This document shows positions 9,264-18,529 of a stretch of DNA of 64,000 bases, one piece after another. The stretch comes from an uncultured Actinomycetes bacterium (lineage in GTDB: Bacteria; Actinomycetota; UBA4738; JBBDHU01), in contig CAZXFL010000005.1 in the NCBI GenBank assembly GCA_964640385.1, positions 50,965 through 114,964 of the forward strand. The letters are read 5' to 3'. Under the pieces are notes generated by a model that was not told the DNA's origin, ran no database searches, and saw nothing but the letters and a program-made list of their open reading frames with translations. Numbering within the stretch: position 1 is the stretch's first letter; each line of letters opens with the position of its first letter. Both the position numbers and the translations under genes were made by a program.

Positions 9264-10022
9264 ATGGGCGAAGCGGCGCTGGCGGGATTCGTAGGGGCAT
9301 CCTCCCTGATCCTCGGCGCGCTCCTCGGGCTCTACGTGAAGCCGGTCGCCCGGTACATCCCCTACATCATGGCCTTCGGCGCGGGCGTCCTGATCAGCGC
9401 GCTGAGCTTCGAGCTGACCGAGGACGCGTTCCGGCGCGGGGGGTTCGACGCGGTCGCGCTTGGCCTGGCCATGGGCGCGGTCCTGTTCGTCGCGATCGAC
9501 CGGATGGTCCTGCACCGACTCGGGGGCGCGAACCGCAAGCGCTCCGGCGGGCAGCAGGAAGATGGCGCCCCCGTCGGCATCGTGGTCGGGACCATGCTCG
9601 ACGCGATCCCCGAGTCGGTCGCCATCGGCGTTGCCGTCTTCGAACACGGCGCGGTCACGGTCGCACTCCTCGCGGGCGTGTTCCTGTCCAACATCCCTGA
9701 GTCGCTCTCGTCGGCGACCGGCCTGATGCGCACGACGATGCACAACCAGGCCTGGAAGGTCATCGTCCTGTGGGTCGGCGTGGCGATCGCCGCGGCCGTC
9801 GCGGCCGCCATCGGCTACGGGGTGGTCGCGCGGTTCGCGCCGGACGCCGTGCCCTTCATCCAGGCGCTCGCCGCGGGCGCGATCCTGGCGATGCTGGTCG
9901 ACACCATGATCCCGGAGGCGTTCGAGAAGTCGGGCCGCGACGCGCACGGACTCATCGGCTTGTGGGCGGTCTTCGGCTACGCCCTGTCGTTCTTCCTGAC
10001 GAAACTCGGCGCAGGCGCGTAG
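9264..10022 (+). CDS. ZIP family metal (Zn/Fe) transporter, ZupT-like
   Basis: Start at Met144 of ORF 8835.. (MGEAALAGFV). 252 aa, about 8 TM helices, with His/Glu-containing motifs (HRLGG, IPESVAIGVAVFEHG, NIPESLS). Confidence 0.75.
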   Translation: MGEAALAGFVGASSLILGALLGLYVKPVARYIPYIMAFGAGVLISALSFELTEDAFRRGGFDAVALGLAMGAVLFVAIDRMVLHRLGGANRKRSGGQQEDGAPVGIVVGTMLDAIPESVAIGVAVFEHGAVTVALLAGVFLSNIPESLSSATGLMRTTMHNQAWKVIVLWVGVAIAAAVAAAIGYGVVARFAPDAVPFIQALAAGAILAMLVDTMIPEAFEKSGRDAHGLIGLWAVFGYALSFFLTKLGAGA

Positions 10023-10037
10023 GCCGGCGCGACCGCT

Positions 10038-10427
10038 CTACGCCCAGAACTCGTCGAGGGCATACGGGTCACCCGCGTAGGCCCAGACCTCGCGGACCTT
10101 TTCTCCCTCGATCGCGACGACGAACACCGCGCGATCATCCAGCGCCTTCCCGGCTCGCTGCGCGGTGACGTTCAGGAGCACGACCGCATGGGCCGTGCCG
10201 GCGAGGAGGTCATGGACCTCGACCTCCATCGAACCGCCGGTCGATTCGAGCAGCCCCGCCAAGTACGACAGGACCTCACCCTTCCCCCGGTAGCCGCCGC
10301 CGATGGGGCTCTGCGGGCGAAGGTCATGCCACACGACGTCCGGATGAAGGTACTCATCGAACGCCACGAGGTCCCTAGCCATGAAGGCATCCAGGGTGGC
10401 GCGCAGGATCTTCTCGTTCTTGGTCAC
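10038..10427 (-). CDS. SnoaL-like / NTF2-fold protein
   Basis: A GTG start at 10427 gives 130 aa (VTKNEKILRATLDAFMARDLVAFDEYLHPDVVWH...). The upstream part of ORF 10038..10898 has no support. Confidence 0.55.
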   Translation of the reverse strand: MTKNEKILRATLDAFMARDLVAFDEYLHPDVVWHDLRPQSPIGGGYRGKGEVLSYLAGLLESTGGSMEVEVHDLLAGTAHAVVLLNVTAQRAGKALDDRAVFVVAIEGEKVREVWAYAGDPYALDEFWA

Positions 10428-10568
10428 AGAGCGGGAATCTAGGCCAGGTCTGCCAGCCGGAGCAACCCCGGCAAGCCCGCACAGACGTGTCGGTGGCCAG
10501 GGATAGGCTTGGCCCGCAGCATCCTCCTCCTCGTGCCTGGAAGTTACACCAACGTAGGAGAGTGATGT

Positions 10569-10826
10569 ATGCTCACCCCTATGAAACGCCTGCAGATCAT
10601 GATCGAGCGGGAGATGGACGAGGCCCTCGGCAAGGCTGCACGCGAACGAGGCATATCCAAGGCGGCCATCATCCGCGAGATCGTCGGCGAGCGCTTGGAA
10701 CCCACGCCCGCACTGGAGGACGACCCGCTCTGGCGGATGGTTGGCTCCGGCTCGTGGGAGGTGGCGCCAGGCGAGACCCACGACGACATCCTCTACGGCC
10801 CGAGGGAAACGCCGGCCGAGGGATGA
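10569..10826 (+). CDS. vapB: Ribbon-helix-helix (CopG-like) antitoxin, VapB-type
   Basis: 85 aa with an RHH N-terminus (MKRLQIMIEREMDEALGKAARERGISKAAIIREIV). AGGAGA RBS. 4-nt ATGA overlap with the downstream PIN gene. Confidence 0.7.
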   Translation: MLTPMKRLQIMIEREMDEALGKAARERGISKAAIIREIVGERLEPTPALEDDPLWRMVGSGSWEVAPGETHDDILYGPRETPAEG

Positions 10827-11221
10827 TCTTCGTCGACACGTCCTTCTGGGTTGCCCTGAAGAACCGACGGGACACGTTGCACGACGAAGCGGTCGCACGG
10901 CTCCGGGCGCACGGGCACGGGCTGCTTGCGACGTCCAACCACGTACAGGGTGAAACCTGGAACCTCATCCAGAGCCGCTGCGATCACCGAACGGCGGTGG
11001 AGTTCCTCGACGAGCTCACCGGTAGCGCCCGGGTCGTGGTCTTCCGGGCCAGCGATGAGCATGAGGAGCAAGCATGGGCATGGCTCCGCGTCCACGACGA
11101 GCGCCGCTACTCCTTCGTCGATGCGACGAGTTTCGCAGTCATGAAGAGCCTCCGGATCCGTGATGCGCTGGCCTTCGACGGGGATTTCGCGGCCGCGGGG
11201 TTCAATGAACTGCGGGCGTAA
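10823..11221 (+). CDS. vapC: PIN-domain ribonuclease toxin VapC
   Basis: MIFVDTSFWVAL... with conserved acidic PIN residues. 132 aa. Internal Met113 of ORF 10487... Confidence 0.75.
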   Translation: MIFVDTSFWVALKNRRDTLHDEAVARLRAHGHGLLATSNHVQGETWNLIQSRCDHRTAVEFLDELTGSARVVVFRASDEHEEQAWAWLRVHDERRYSFVDATSFAVMKSLRIRDALAFDGDFAAAGFNELRA

Positions 11222-11251
11222 AGGTCGGGCCTGCGGGCGCCGAACCTAGGG

Positions 11252-11983
11252 ATGAACATGCGACCCCGAACCCGACGCGTCCGACCCTTCCTCGCGTGCC
11301 TGCTGGCCGCCAGCATCACCGTGGGCGTGATCGCTCCGGGAGCCCCGGCCTCCGCCGCCACCGGCCTCCCGGGGATCGACCTGTCCGCGTACGAACCGAC
11401 CGTCAACTGGACCAAGTTGGGCGACGGTCCCAAGCGGTTCCTGATCATGCGCGCGAGCCATGGTGACGAAGCCGACACGTCCTACGCCTCCCACCGCGCC
11501 GGCGCTGCGTCGATCGGGATGCCGTTCGGCGCCTATCACTACGCGACGCCGCGCGGCGGCAAGGCCGACGCGATCGAACAGGCCAACTTCTTCCTCGCGA
11601 ACGCGACACCGGCCTCGGGCGACCTGTTGCCGGTCCTGGACATGGAGGACGCCGGCGGCCTCTCCGACGGACGCCTCGCGGACTGGATCGCTGTCTGGCT
11701 GAACCGCGTCCGGCGCGCGACCGGCGTCAAGCCGATGATCTACACCAGCCCGAGCTTCTGGATCGAACGCGTCGGCAACACCCGCCGCTTCGCGAACCAC
11801 GGGTACCGGCTCTGGATCGCCCACTGGCAGGTGAGGAACCCATGGGTCCCCGCGGGCAACTGGGGCGGGAAGGGCTGGACGTTCTGGCAGTGGAGCGCGT
11901 GCGGAGACGTGAACGGGATCCCCGGGTGCATCGACATGGATCGCTACGCAGGCGATAACCTGCACAAGGTGATGATCCCTTGA
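11252..11983 (+). CDS. GH25 family muramidase (lysozyme), secreted
   Basis: Signal peptide; GIDLSAYEP.VNW......FLIMRASHG, HYATP, and a PMIYTSPSFW motif. Tandem paralog of the next gene. Confidence 0.8.
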   Translation: MNMRPRTRRVRPFLACLLAASITVGVIAPGAPASAATGLPGIDLSAYEPTVNWTKLGDGPKRFLIMRASHGDEADTSYASHRAGAASIGMPFGAYHYATPRGGKADAIEQANFFLANATPASGDLLPVLDMEDAGGLSDGRLADWIAVWLNRVRRATGVKPMIYTSPSFWIERVGNTRRFANHGYRLWIAHWQVRNPWVPAGNWGGKGWTFWQWSACGDVNGIPGCIDMDRYAGDNLHKVMIP

Positions 11984-12708
11984 TGCGAACCGCTCGCCGC
12001 CGCCTCGCCGCCGCGTCGCTGGTCCTGGCCGCCGCCCTGCTCGCCGCGGTACTGCCCGCGCTGCCGGCAGACGCCGCCTACAAGCGCGGCATCGACATCT
12101 CGCAGTACCAGAACACCGTGAACTGGACGCAGGTCGGGAACGCGAACGTGAAGTTCGTCATCGCGCGAGCCAGCTCCGGCGACAACTACGCCGACCCGCA
12201 GTACGCGAACAACCGCGCAGGAGCCGCAGCGGAGAACATCCCGTTCGGGGCGTACCACTATGCGAAGCCGAACGGCACCACGCAGGACGCGATCGACGAG
12301 GCGAACTTCTTCGTCGCGACGGCCGCGCCGGCGAACGGCGACATCATCCCGGTCTTGGACCTCGAGCAGACCGGGGGCCTGTCTCGTGGGCGCCTGGAAG
12401 ACTGGGTGGCCGCATGGCTGAACCGCGTCGAGAACCAGACCGGCGTCAAACCGATGATCTACACCAGCCCGTACTTCTGGCAGACCGCCATAGGGAACTC
12501 GACCCGGTTCGCGCGGCGCAAATTCCCGCTGTGGATCGCGAACTGGGACGTGAGCAAGCCGACCGTGCCGGCCAACAACTGGAGCGGGCACGGCTGGACG
12601 TTCTGGCAATACTCGGACTGCGGGAGCGTTCCGGGGGCGGGGAACAGCCAGGGCTGCGTGGACCTGGATCGCTACCGGTTCAACATGTTCGGGCGGGTCC
12701 TGATCTAG
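11980..12708 (+). CDS. GH25 family muramidase (lysozyme), secreted; tandem paralog
   Basis: About 60% identical to the previous CDS (GIDISQYQNTVNW, KPMIYTSPYFW). 4-nt overlap with the previous gene. Confidence 0.8.
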   Translation: MMRTARRRLAAASLVLAAALLAAVLPALPADAAYKRGIDISQYQNTVNWTQVGNANVKFVIARASSGDNYADPQYANNRAGAAAENIPFGAYHYAKPNGTTQDAIDEANFFVATAAPANGDIIPVLDLEQTGGLSRGRLEDWVAAWLNRVENQTGVKPMIYTSPYFWQTAIGNSTRFARRKFPLWIANWDVSKPTVPANNWSGHGWTFWQYSDCGSVPGAGNSQGCVDLDRYRFNMFGRVLI

Positions 12709-13238
12709 CGGCACTGACCGAACGAGAAGTGGCCGGCATCGCTCTGGGGTAGCGGCTGACACCAACCCTCTTGTTCGAGAGCTTGCACGACCTCGGTGTC
12801 GCGCCAGGACGAGCGCCTCAGGTCGATGGCCGCCCCGATCTGGTGCATCGACGAGCCGGGCTCCGCGCACAGGTTCGGGCATCCCTTCGGATCGCCGCAG
12901 ATGTTCAGACACGCCTGCCGCTGCTGCTCGCAGTCCCGGTAGCTCCACTCGACGCGGATGCCCTTGCCGCTCTGCCCCAGGGAGTTCTCCGCCCGCCGGA
13001 ACGCGCGCATCGCGCTCTCGCGAAGAACGATACCCCGGTACTTGACCAGCGGCGGCGGCGACACGCAGGTCTTGCCCGGATCGACGGGCCGGCCGGCCGG
13101 CGGCCGTGACGCGCCCGTCGCGAGCACCACGACCACGATCAGGACCAGAACGAGGGCGACGATCCCGGCGGCGAGCGCGACCTGCCACCCGCGCGGGAGC
13201 CGCTTCAGGTCGGACCAGCTGGGAAGGGAGGAACCCAT
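12705..13238 (-). CDS. Membrane-anchored peptidase M15 (VanY / D-Ala-D-Ala carboxypeptidase-like)
   Basis: N-terminal TM anchor. SSMHQIGAAIDL and DAGHFSF motifs are typical of the M15/LAS fold. Its start codon shares 1 nt with the stop of the upstream MTHFR fusion gene. Confidence 0.65.
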   Translation of the reverse strand: MGSSLPSWSDLKRLPRGWQVALAAGIVALVLVLIVVVVLATGASRPPAGRPVDPGKTCVSPPPLVKYRGIVLRESAMRAFRRAENSLGQSGKGIRVEWSYRDCEQQRQACLNICGDPKGCPNLCAEPGSSMHQIGAAIDLRRSSWRDTEVVQALEQEGWCQPLPQSDAGHFSFGQCR

Positions 13239-15082
13239 CAGAGGGTGCGGGCCGCCTCCACGACTTCGGCGGCCAGGTCGAACCGCTCGAACGGCGGCAT
13301 CAGGTAGATGCCCGCGGCGCGTTCCCGGAGCTGTGCAACGAAATCTCGCGCCAGTGCCAGCCCCTCGGCCTCACCGTCGTCCCCGGCCTTGCGCATCCGA
13401 TCCCGCACGTCGTCGGGGATCACGATCCCCGGAACCTCGTTGTGCAGGAACTCGGCGTGGCGGCTGGAAACCAGGGGCAGCACGCCGACCAAGACAGGCA
13501 ACGTCAGGTCTTCGCCGTAGCGGTCCCGGTAGACGGCGCGCAGTCGCTCGAGCGGCTCCGACGTGAACATCGGCTGCGAGAGCCCGAATGAACATCCCGC
13601 GGCGATCTTGCGGTGCAGGAGCTTCACTTCCTTCTCGAGGTCGCCCGCGTTCGGCGAGATCGCGCAGCCGACGACGAAGCTGGTGGGCTCGCCGATCGAC
13701 GCACCGCTGCGGTCGCTGCCCTCGTTGAAGGACTCGGTGATGGTCTGCATCAGCGCGGTCGGGACCACGTCGACGTTGTCGGTGGCGCCGGGGTAGTCAC
13801 CGATCGTGACCGGGTCACCCATGCACACGAACACGTTCCGGATGCCGAGCGCATGGACCGCCAGCAGGTCGCCTTGCAGGCGCAGCAGGTTCCGCCCACG
13901 CGTCGGGAAGTGCAGGATCGTCTCGATGCCGGCCTCCTGGATGATCCGGCACGCCGCCCACGGCGACATCCGCATCCGGGCCATGGGCGAGTCGGCGACA
14001 TCGATGACGTCGGCGCCCGCCTCCGCGAGCGTCTGCGCGCCCGCGAGCATCTTCGCTGCCGAGAACCCCTTCGGCGGGTCCATCTCGACAGCGATCACGT
14101 AGGAACCGGCGACGAGCTTCTCGGCGACCGCCGTCGGCTGCCGGTCGCCGGTCACGTCGACGCGCGACGGCTGGGACTCGGCCGGCACCACCTGGACCTC
14201 CTCGGCGGGCTGGCCGATCACCGCCGCGATGGCCGCGATGTGCTCCGGGCCGGTCCCGCAACACCCGCCGACCACCGAGGCGCCTTTCGCGAGGAACATG
14301 CGCGCGTGCTCCGCGAAGTACCCGGGCGTCGCGGGGTAGAGATAGCGGCCGCCGGACTGGCGCGGACTTCCTGCGTTCGGACGCGCGATGACCGGAGTGC
14401 CGGCGGCATGCGGCCGCATCGCGTGAACCAGGCGCAGCACCTGCGCAGGTCCCTCCGAGCAGTTGACGCCGATCGCGTCGGCCTCGAGTTCCACCAGGCG
14501 ATGGGCCACCTCGTGCGCGGTGTCACCGAGCGGCGTCCGGTCGTCCCGGGCGAACGTGGCCGTCACGGCGACCGCGATGTCGCTCACGTCGCGCGCGGCG
14601 GCCAGCGCCTGCTCCATCTCGGCCAGGTCGGACTGGGTCTCGATCAAGATGAAGTCCGAGCCGGCAGCCACCAGCGCTTCGACCTGCTCGCGGTAGGCGG
14701 CGAAGGCCTCCGCCGCTCGCACACGGCCGTACGGCGCGAGTCGCACCCCGAGCGGCCCCACCGACCCCGCCACCAACGCCCCGGCCCGCTTGGCGACCTC
14801 GACGCCGGCGCGATTCAGCTCCCCGACGCGGCGTTCGTTCTGGAAGCGGCCGAGTCGATACCGGTTCGCACCGAAGGTGTTGGCCGTGACGAACGTGGCT
14901 CCGGCGTCGACGAATCCGCGATGAACCGACAGGACCAGATCCGGGTCGTCGACGTTCAGCTCGTCGAAACAGGCGGCTCCGGGAACGCCGCGATCCATGA
15001 GCGAGGTCCCCATCGCGCCGTCGGCCACGATCGGACCGCCACGCAGCAGCTCACGCAAGGCCCATCCGTTCATGGGGCTCAT
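13238..15082 (-). CDS. Bifunctional homocysteine S-methyltransferase / 5,10-methylenetetrahydrofolate reductase (YitJ-like)
   Basis: 614 aa. An N-terminal Hcy-binding (pterin-like) TIM barrel (GAMGT..., GGCCGT Zn site) is fused to a C-terminal MetF domain. Confidence 0.8.
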   Translation of the reverse strand: MSPMNGWALRELLRGGPIVADGAMGTSLMDRGVPGAACFDELNVDDPDLVLSVHRGFVDAGATFVTANTFGANRYRLGRFQNERRVGELNRAGVEVAKRAGALVAGSVGPLGVRLAPYGRVRAAEAFAAYREQVEALVAAGSDFILIETQSDLAEMEQALAAARDVSDIAVAVTATFARDDRTPLGDTAHEVAHRLVELEADAIGVNCSEGPAQVLRLVHAMRPHAAGTPVIARPNAGSPRQSGGRYLYPATPGYFAEHARMFLAKGASVVGGCCGTGPEHIAAIAAVIGQPAEEVQVVPAESQPSRVDVTGDRQPTAVAEKLVAGSYVIAVEMDPPKGFSAAKMLAGAQTLAEAGADVIDVADSPMARMRMSPWAACRIIQEAGIETILHFPTRGRNLLRLQGDLLAVHALGIRNVFVCMGDPVTIGDYPGATDNVDVVPTALMQTITESFNEGSDRSGASIGEPTSFVVGCAISPNAGDLEKEVKLLHRKIAAGCSFGLSQPMFTSEPLERLRAVYRDRYGEDLTLPVLVGVLPLVSSRHAEFLHNEVPGIVIPDDVRDRMRKAGDDGEAEGLALARDFVAQLRERAAGIYLMPPFERFDLAAEVVEAARTL

Positions 15083-15086
15083 CCTC

Positions 15087-15509
15087 TCAGTTCCAGGGCG
15101 GACCCTGGACGGCAGCGAGAGTCTCGGCCAGCGTGAGCATGTCGATGAACCCCTGATGCTCGACGATCAGCTCGATCTCGTACCGGAAGAACCCGCAGGT
15201 GTCGAACGTCACCTTCCACCCGGTGGGCTCGATGCCGAGGAACTCGCCCGTGTGGGTCCCGGTCATCGGCGCCCACACCGCCAGCCGGCCGTTCTCCTCG
15301 ACCATCCAGTCGATCGACATGTGGATATCGGGGAAGCCGGTGTGCAGACCCTCCACGAACGCGACCATCGCGTCGCGGCCCGAGCCGAACCCCGCGTGTC
15401 CGCTGTCGATCACGTCCTCGACCACGTAATCGCCGATCGCCTCGACCTCGCCCTTGTTGATGACCTGTGCGACGAACCGACGGTACAGGTCCTTGATCTC
15501 TCGTTCCAT
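15087..15509 (-). CDS. SnoaL-like polyketide cyclase / ester cyclase family protein
   Basis: 140 aa, SnoaL_2-like (DLYRRFVAQVINKGEVEAIGDYV...). GGAGGA RBS. First gene of an operon with the MTHFR fusion. Confidence 0.6.
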   Translation of the reverse strand: MEREIKDLYRRFVAQVINKGEVEAIGDYVVEDVIDSGHAGFGSGRDAMVAFVEGLHTGFPDIHMSIDWMVEENGRLAVWAPMTGTHTGEFLGIEPTGWKVTFDTCGFFRYEIELIVEHQGFIDMLTLAETLAAVQGPPWN

Positions 15510-15522
15510 CGTCGATGTCCTC

Positions 15523-15551
15523 CTTCAGGCGGCCCGTCAAACACCTGAAGG
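15523..15551 (-). promoter_or_regulatory. RBS-overlapping hairpin in the 5' leader of the SnoaL-MTHFR operon
   Basis: On the mRNA strand CCTTCAGG-(13 nt)-CCTGAAGG forms a perfect 8-bp stem whose 3' arm overlaps the GAAGGAGGA Shine-Dalgarno. It sits within a roughly 320-nt leader. Confidence 0.35.
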
Positions 15552-15833
15552 GTACGGCCCGGCCGGGTCGGATCCTGGTCAGGGTGGTCGTCGGATCCGA
15601 CAGAGGTGCTCGCCACCGGCCTCCGGCCGGGCCGCCTTCCCTTCCCTACGGGCCACCCCCGATGGGACGGAGCACCATGGATGCTGCTCCGACCCCGATC
15701 GAGGCTGTGGCCACGAGAACGGCCGCCACGCGAGGCATGACACGGGAGGTTCCGAGGGGAACCATGAGGTGCAACGTGGCGGCGTTCCCGGCTATCCAAC
15801 CGAGGAGGCGCTCGGTACGTTTCTGCATCAGCT

Positions 15834-16322
15834 TCAGCGGAGCGGGTCAGGCGTCGGCTCAGGCGTCGGCTCGGGGTCGGGGACAGTTGCAGGCCCCACC
15901 GAGAATCCCTGCGCTCGCTGCGCGCGCTTGTGCAGCTCGTCACCGGCGAACACGACACGCATGACGTGATCGCCCTCCGACGTCGCGACATGGGCGACCA
16001 CCGCATGGCCGGTGTCGTCCGTGACGAGCGTGCCGACCTCGACGCCGTCCACAGTGAGCGACAGCGTCGCTCCGCCGAACGGAACCCAGTTCGGCTTCTG
16101 GTGCTGCGCGTGCGAGGCGACCATGACCGTCCCGGTCAGCGTGTCGCCCACGTTGACGGAATGGTCGTCGAGCTTGAAGCGGATGTTGGTCACCGGCGGG
16201 GGCTTGTGACCGTTGCCACCGCCCTGTTCGTGACCGTCCTTGTGATGCGCGGCGACTGGACCGGCGATCAGGGTCATCGCGACAACGGACGCACACAGGA
16301 AAAAGCTCTTCCGGGTCGTCAT
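15834..16322 (-). CDS. Secreted His-rich hypothetical protein (Ig-like beta domain)
   Basis: Start at Met30 (MTTRKSFFLCASVVAMTLIAGPVAA) with a GGAGG RBS. HHKDGHEQGGGNGHKPP patch and a PEPTPEPTPDP tail. Confidence 0.5.
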   Translation of the reverse strand: MTTRKSFFLCASVVAMTLIAGPVAAHHKDGHEQGGGNGHKPPPVTNIRFKLDDHSVNVGDTLTGTVMVASHAQHQKPNWVPFGGATLSLTVDGVEVGTLVTDDTGHAVVAHVATSEGDHVMRVVFAGDELHKRAQRAQGFSVGPATVPDPEPTPEPTPDPLR

Positions 16323-16482
16323 GAGATGTCCTCCTTGGGATAGGCGCGGAACGTGCTTCACATCACGCTTGTCGGAGATCGAGCCGAGAACATTGAGGGT
16401 TCCGGGCACGAATGACTCAGAAATGGCTCGCAGTGGCTAGTCGTGATCGCCCAGCGGCTACGAACCGACTAGTGCGTTGGGC

Positions 16483-17595
16483 TCAGATCTTCGAGTAGAA
16501 GTCGAAGTTCCGGCGAACGTCATCGACCAGGCTCAGGACGTAGTAGCTCCCGCAGCCGCACCAGGACGACGCAGCGATCGCCGCGGCCGTGTCCTCCGCC
16601 TTCCCGCACTTGCGGAGCGAGACGACGATGTCACCGTACCCGTAGGTTTTCCAGCCGCGTTGCAGGGTCAGCCAGCTCGCCAGGAGTCCCTGCTTCAGGC
16701 TCACGTAGTCCTTGACGCCCACCCAGTTGAAATCGGTGGCGCCGGGCATGTCGTAGGTGGTTGCCAGCGGGTTCCACCGGGCGTCCGTTCCCTCGTTCGC
16801 CTGCCAGGCGATCAACACGATGAGGTTCTCCTTGCAGCCGGGGGCTTTGAACTGCGCGGCCGCCAGCCGGGCCCACTGCCCGTAGGAGACCGAGTCCTTG
16901 CCCTTCAGCGCCTCGGACAGTTGATCGAGGTCCGCGACCCCGAGCTGCGACTTCAGACGGAGGGCGAGATCGAGCAGCTCTTGGCGCGTCTGCTCGACCG
17001 CCTCCATCGCCCGCTGGAGCCGGAGCGACTCCTCCGAGATCTGCTGTTGCTGCGTCCTCATCGACTGCAGCGCGCCCTGCTGCTGGTCGATGAGCGTCTG
17101 CGTTTCCGCGGTCTGGAGTTGCAGTGCCTGCTTCAGCGCGGTCGCCTGTTCGGCCAAGACCAAACTGTGGTCGGCGAGCTCCGACATCACCGTGACGCGC
17201 TCCTGAAGGTCGCCGGAATCGGTGGCCCCGATGATCGCCGCGATCGCGCCGGCGCCGTTGTTCATGTAGGCCTGGCGCACCAGCCCGTCGAACCGTTGCT
17301 GGAGTTCGTCGTACCGCGCCTGCGTCCTGGCCATACTGGCGCGCGTTTGGTCCAGGCGCTGGTCCAGGTCCGCGTACATCTCCTGTCCCTGAACGAGCAG
17401 CCCGTTCACCGACGAGAGCTGCGCCTGCACCGCCGCCAGCTCGTCCCGTCGCACCGCCAGTTCGTTCTCGAGCGCGACCATCTGCGCGCGTGCCTCGGCA
17501 AGCCGGTCCTGGGGTTCCGCACGGACCGAAGCGGGCACGGTCAGCAGGGGAAGGAGGAGCACGACGAGGACGGCGCCGGCATTCAGGCGGCGCAT
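16483..17595 (-). CDS. Secreted coiled-coil protein with C-terminal uncharacterised domain (possible cell-wall associated)
   Basis: Signal peptide (MRRLNAGAVLVVLLLPLLTVPASVRA). About 200 aa of Q/L/A-rich coiled coil. C-terminal roughly 130-aa Cys-containing globular domain. Confidence 0.5.
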   Translation of the reverse strand: MRRLNAGAVLVVLLLPLLTVPASVRAEPQDRLAEARAQMVALENELAVRRDELAAVQAQLSSVNGLLVQGQEMYADLDQRLDQTRASMARTQARYDELQQRFDGLVRQAYMNNGAGAIAAIIGATDSGDLQERVTVMSELADHSLVLAEQATALKQALQLQTAETQTLIDQQQGALQSMRTQQQQISEESLRLQRAMEAVEQTRQELLDLALRLKSQLGVADLDQLSEALKGKDSVSYGQWARLAAAQFKAPGCKENLIVLIAWQANEGTDARWNPLATTYDMPGATDFNWVGVKDYVSLKQGLLASWLTLQRGWKTYGYGDIVVSLRKCGKAEDTAAAIAASSWCGCGSYYVLSLVDDVRRNFDFYSKI

Positions 17596-17666
17596 CGGAT
17601 GGGCACGGGGAAGCCTGCGATGGTCCATGGGGGAGGACCCCAGGCTAGCGCACGTGGACCGCCGAT

Positions 17667-18524
17667 TCACGCACCCGGGGACACCCCGAAAAGCTCGGAC
17701 AGCGTCACGAAGCGGTAGCCACGGTCACGCAGGGCCGGGATGATCCGCTTCAGCGCAGGGGCGGTCGTGAGCGCGTTCGGGCCGCCGTGCAGGTGCATCA
17801 CCACGATGGAGCCCGGCTTGGCCTGATCGATCACCGCCTGCGCGACCGCGTTGGGGTCGGTCCCGAATGCGTCACCGGAGACGACGTCCCAGCCAACCGC
17901 CTGCTCGCCCAACCGCGCGACGAGCCGTGGATCGGCGGTCGCGTGACATCCGCCCGGGAACCGGAACCAGATGGGCCGTTCGCCCGTGAGCCGCTCGATC
18001 TCATCCGCAGCGTCCTCGACCTCGCGCCGCTTCGCCCGCTCGCCCTCAACGGACGGCAGGTCGTAGCAATCAGGGGTCCACGCCGCGTGATCCCACGAGT
18101 GGTTCGCCAGTTCGAACAGCGGATCGCGCGCCAGTTCCTTCGTCGCCTTCGGGTAGGCCTGAGCCCACTGCCCGGCGAGGAACAGCGTCGCCGGCGTTCC
18201 GGTCTTGCGGAGCTCGCGGATGACCGCCTCGTTGTACCAACTACGGACCTCCCCCGAACGCAGCTGCGCCAGCATCCCGTCGGTCATGTCCGCATCGAAC
18301 GTGAGCGCGATCACCCTCACGGTCCGCGGACCGTGATCGATCTCGACCGGACGGGGGCGGAACCGCTTGACCTCCGGCGACGACGATGGCGACGATGGCG
18401 ACGGCGACGACGGCATGGCGGAGGTCGGGGACGGTGGCGGGCCCGCCGAGGGGGTAGCGCCGGGGCACGCCGTCAGCGCCAGGACGCAGGACAGCACCAG
18501 CGCCGGAACGATCCGGGTCGTCAT
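17667..18524 (-). CDS. Polysaccharide deacetylase (NodB-homology) lipoprotein, PgdA-like
   Basis: Lipobox (LTAC) followed by an S/P-rich linker. NodB motifs (LTFDAD, HSWDH, LHGG-type). Confidence 0.75.
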   Translation of the reverse strand: MTTRIVPALVLSCVLALTACPGATPSAGPPPSPTSAMPSSPSPSSPSSSPEVKRFRPRPVEIDHGPRTVRVIALTFDADMTDGMLAQLRSGEVRSWYNEAVIRELRKTGTPATLFLAGQWAQAYPKATKELARDPLFELANHSWDHAAWTPDCYDLPSVEGERAKRREVEDAADEIERLTGERPIWFRFPGGCHATADPRLVARLGEQAVGWDVVSGDAFGTDPNAVAQAVIDQAKPGSIVVMHLHGGPNALTTAPALKRIIPALRDRGYRFVTLSELFGVSPGA

Positions 18525-18529
18525 CGTCG

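Noticed and set aside
15510-15833. Canonical SAM-I / SAM-IV riboswitch upstream of the YitJ-like operon
   Set aside because: The conserved cores (GCAACC, GGUGC, AUCAAGAG / kink-turn elements) were not found by eye. Only the generic RBS-sequestering hairpin is reported, as a candidate in findings.
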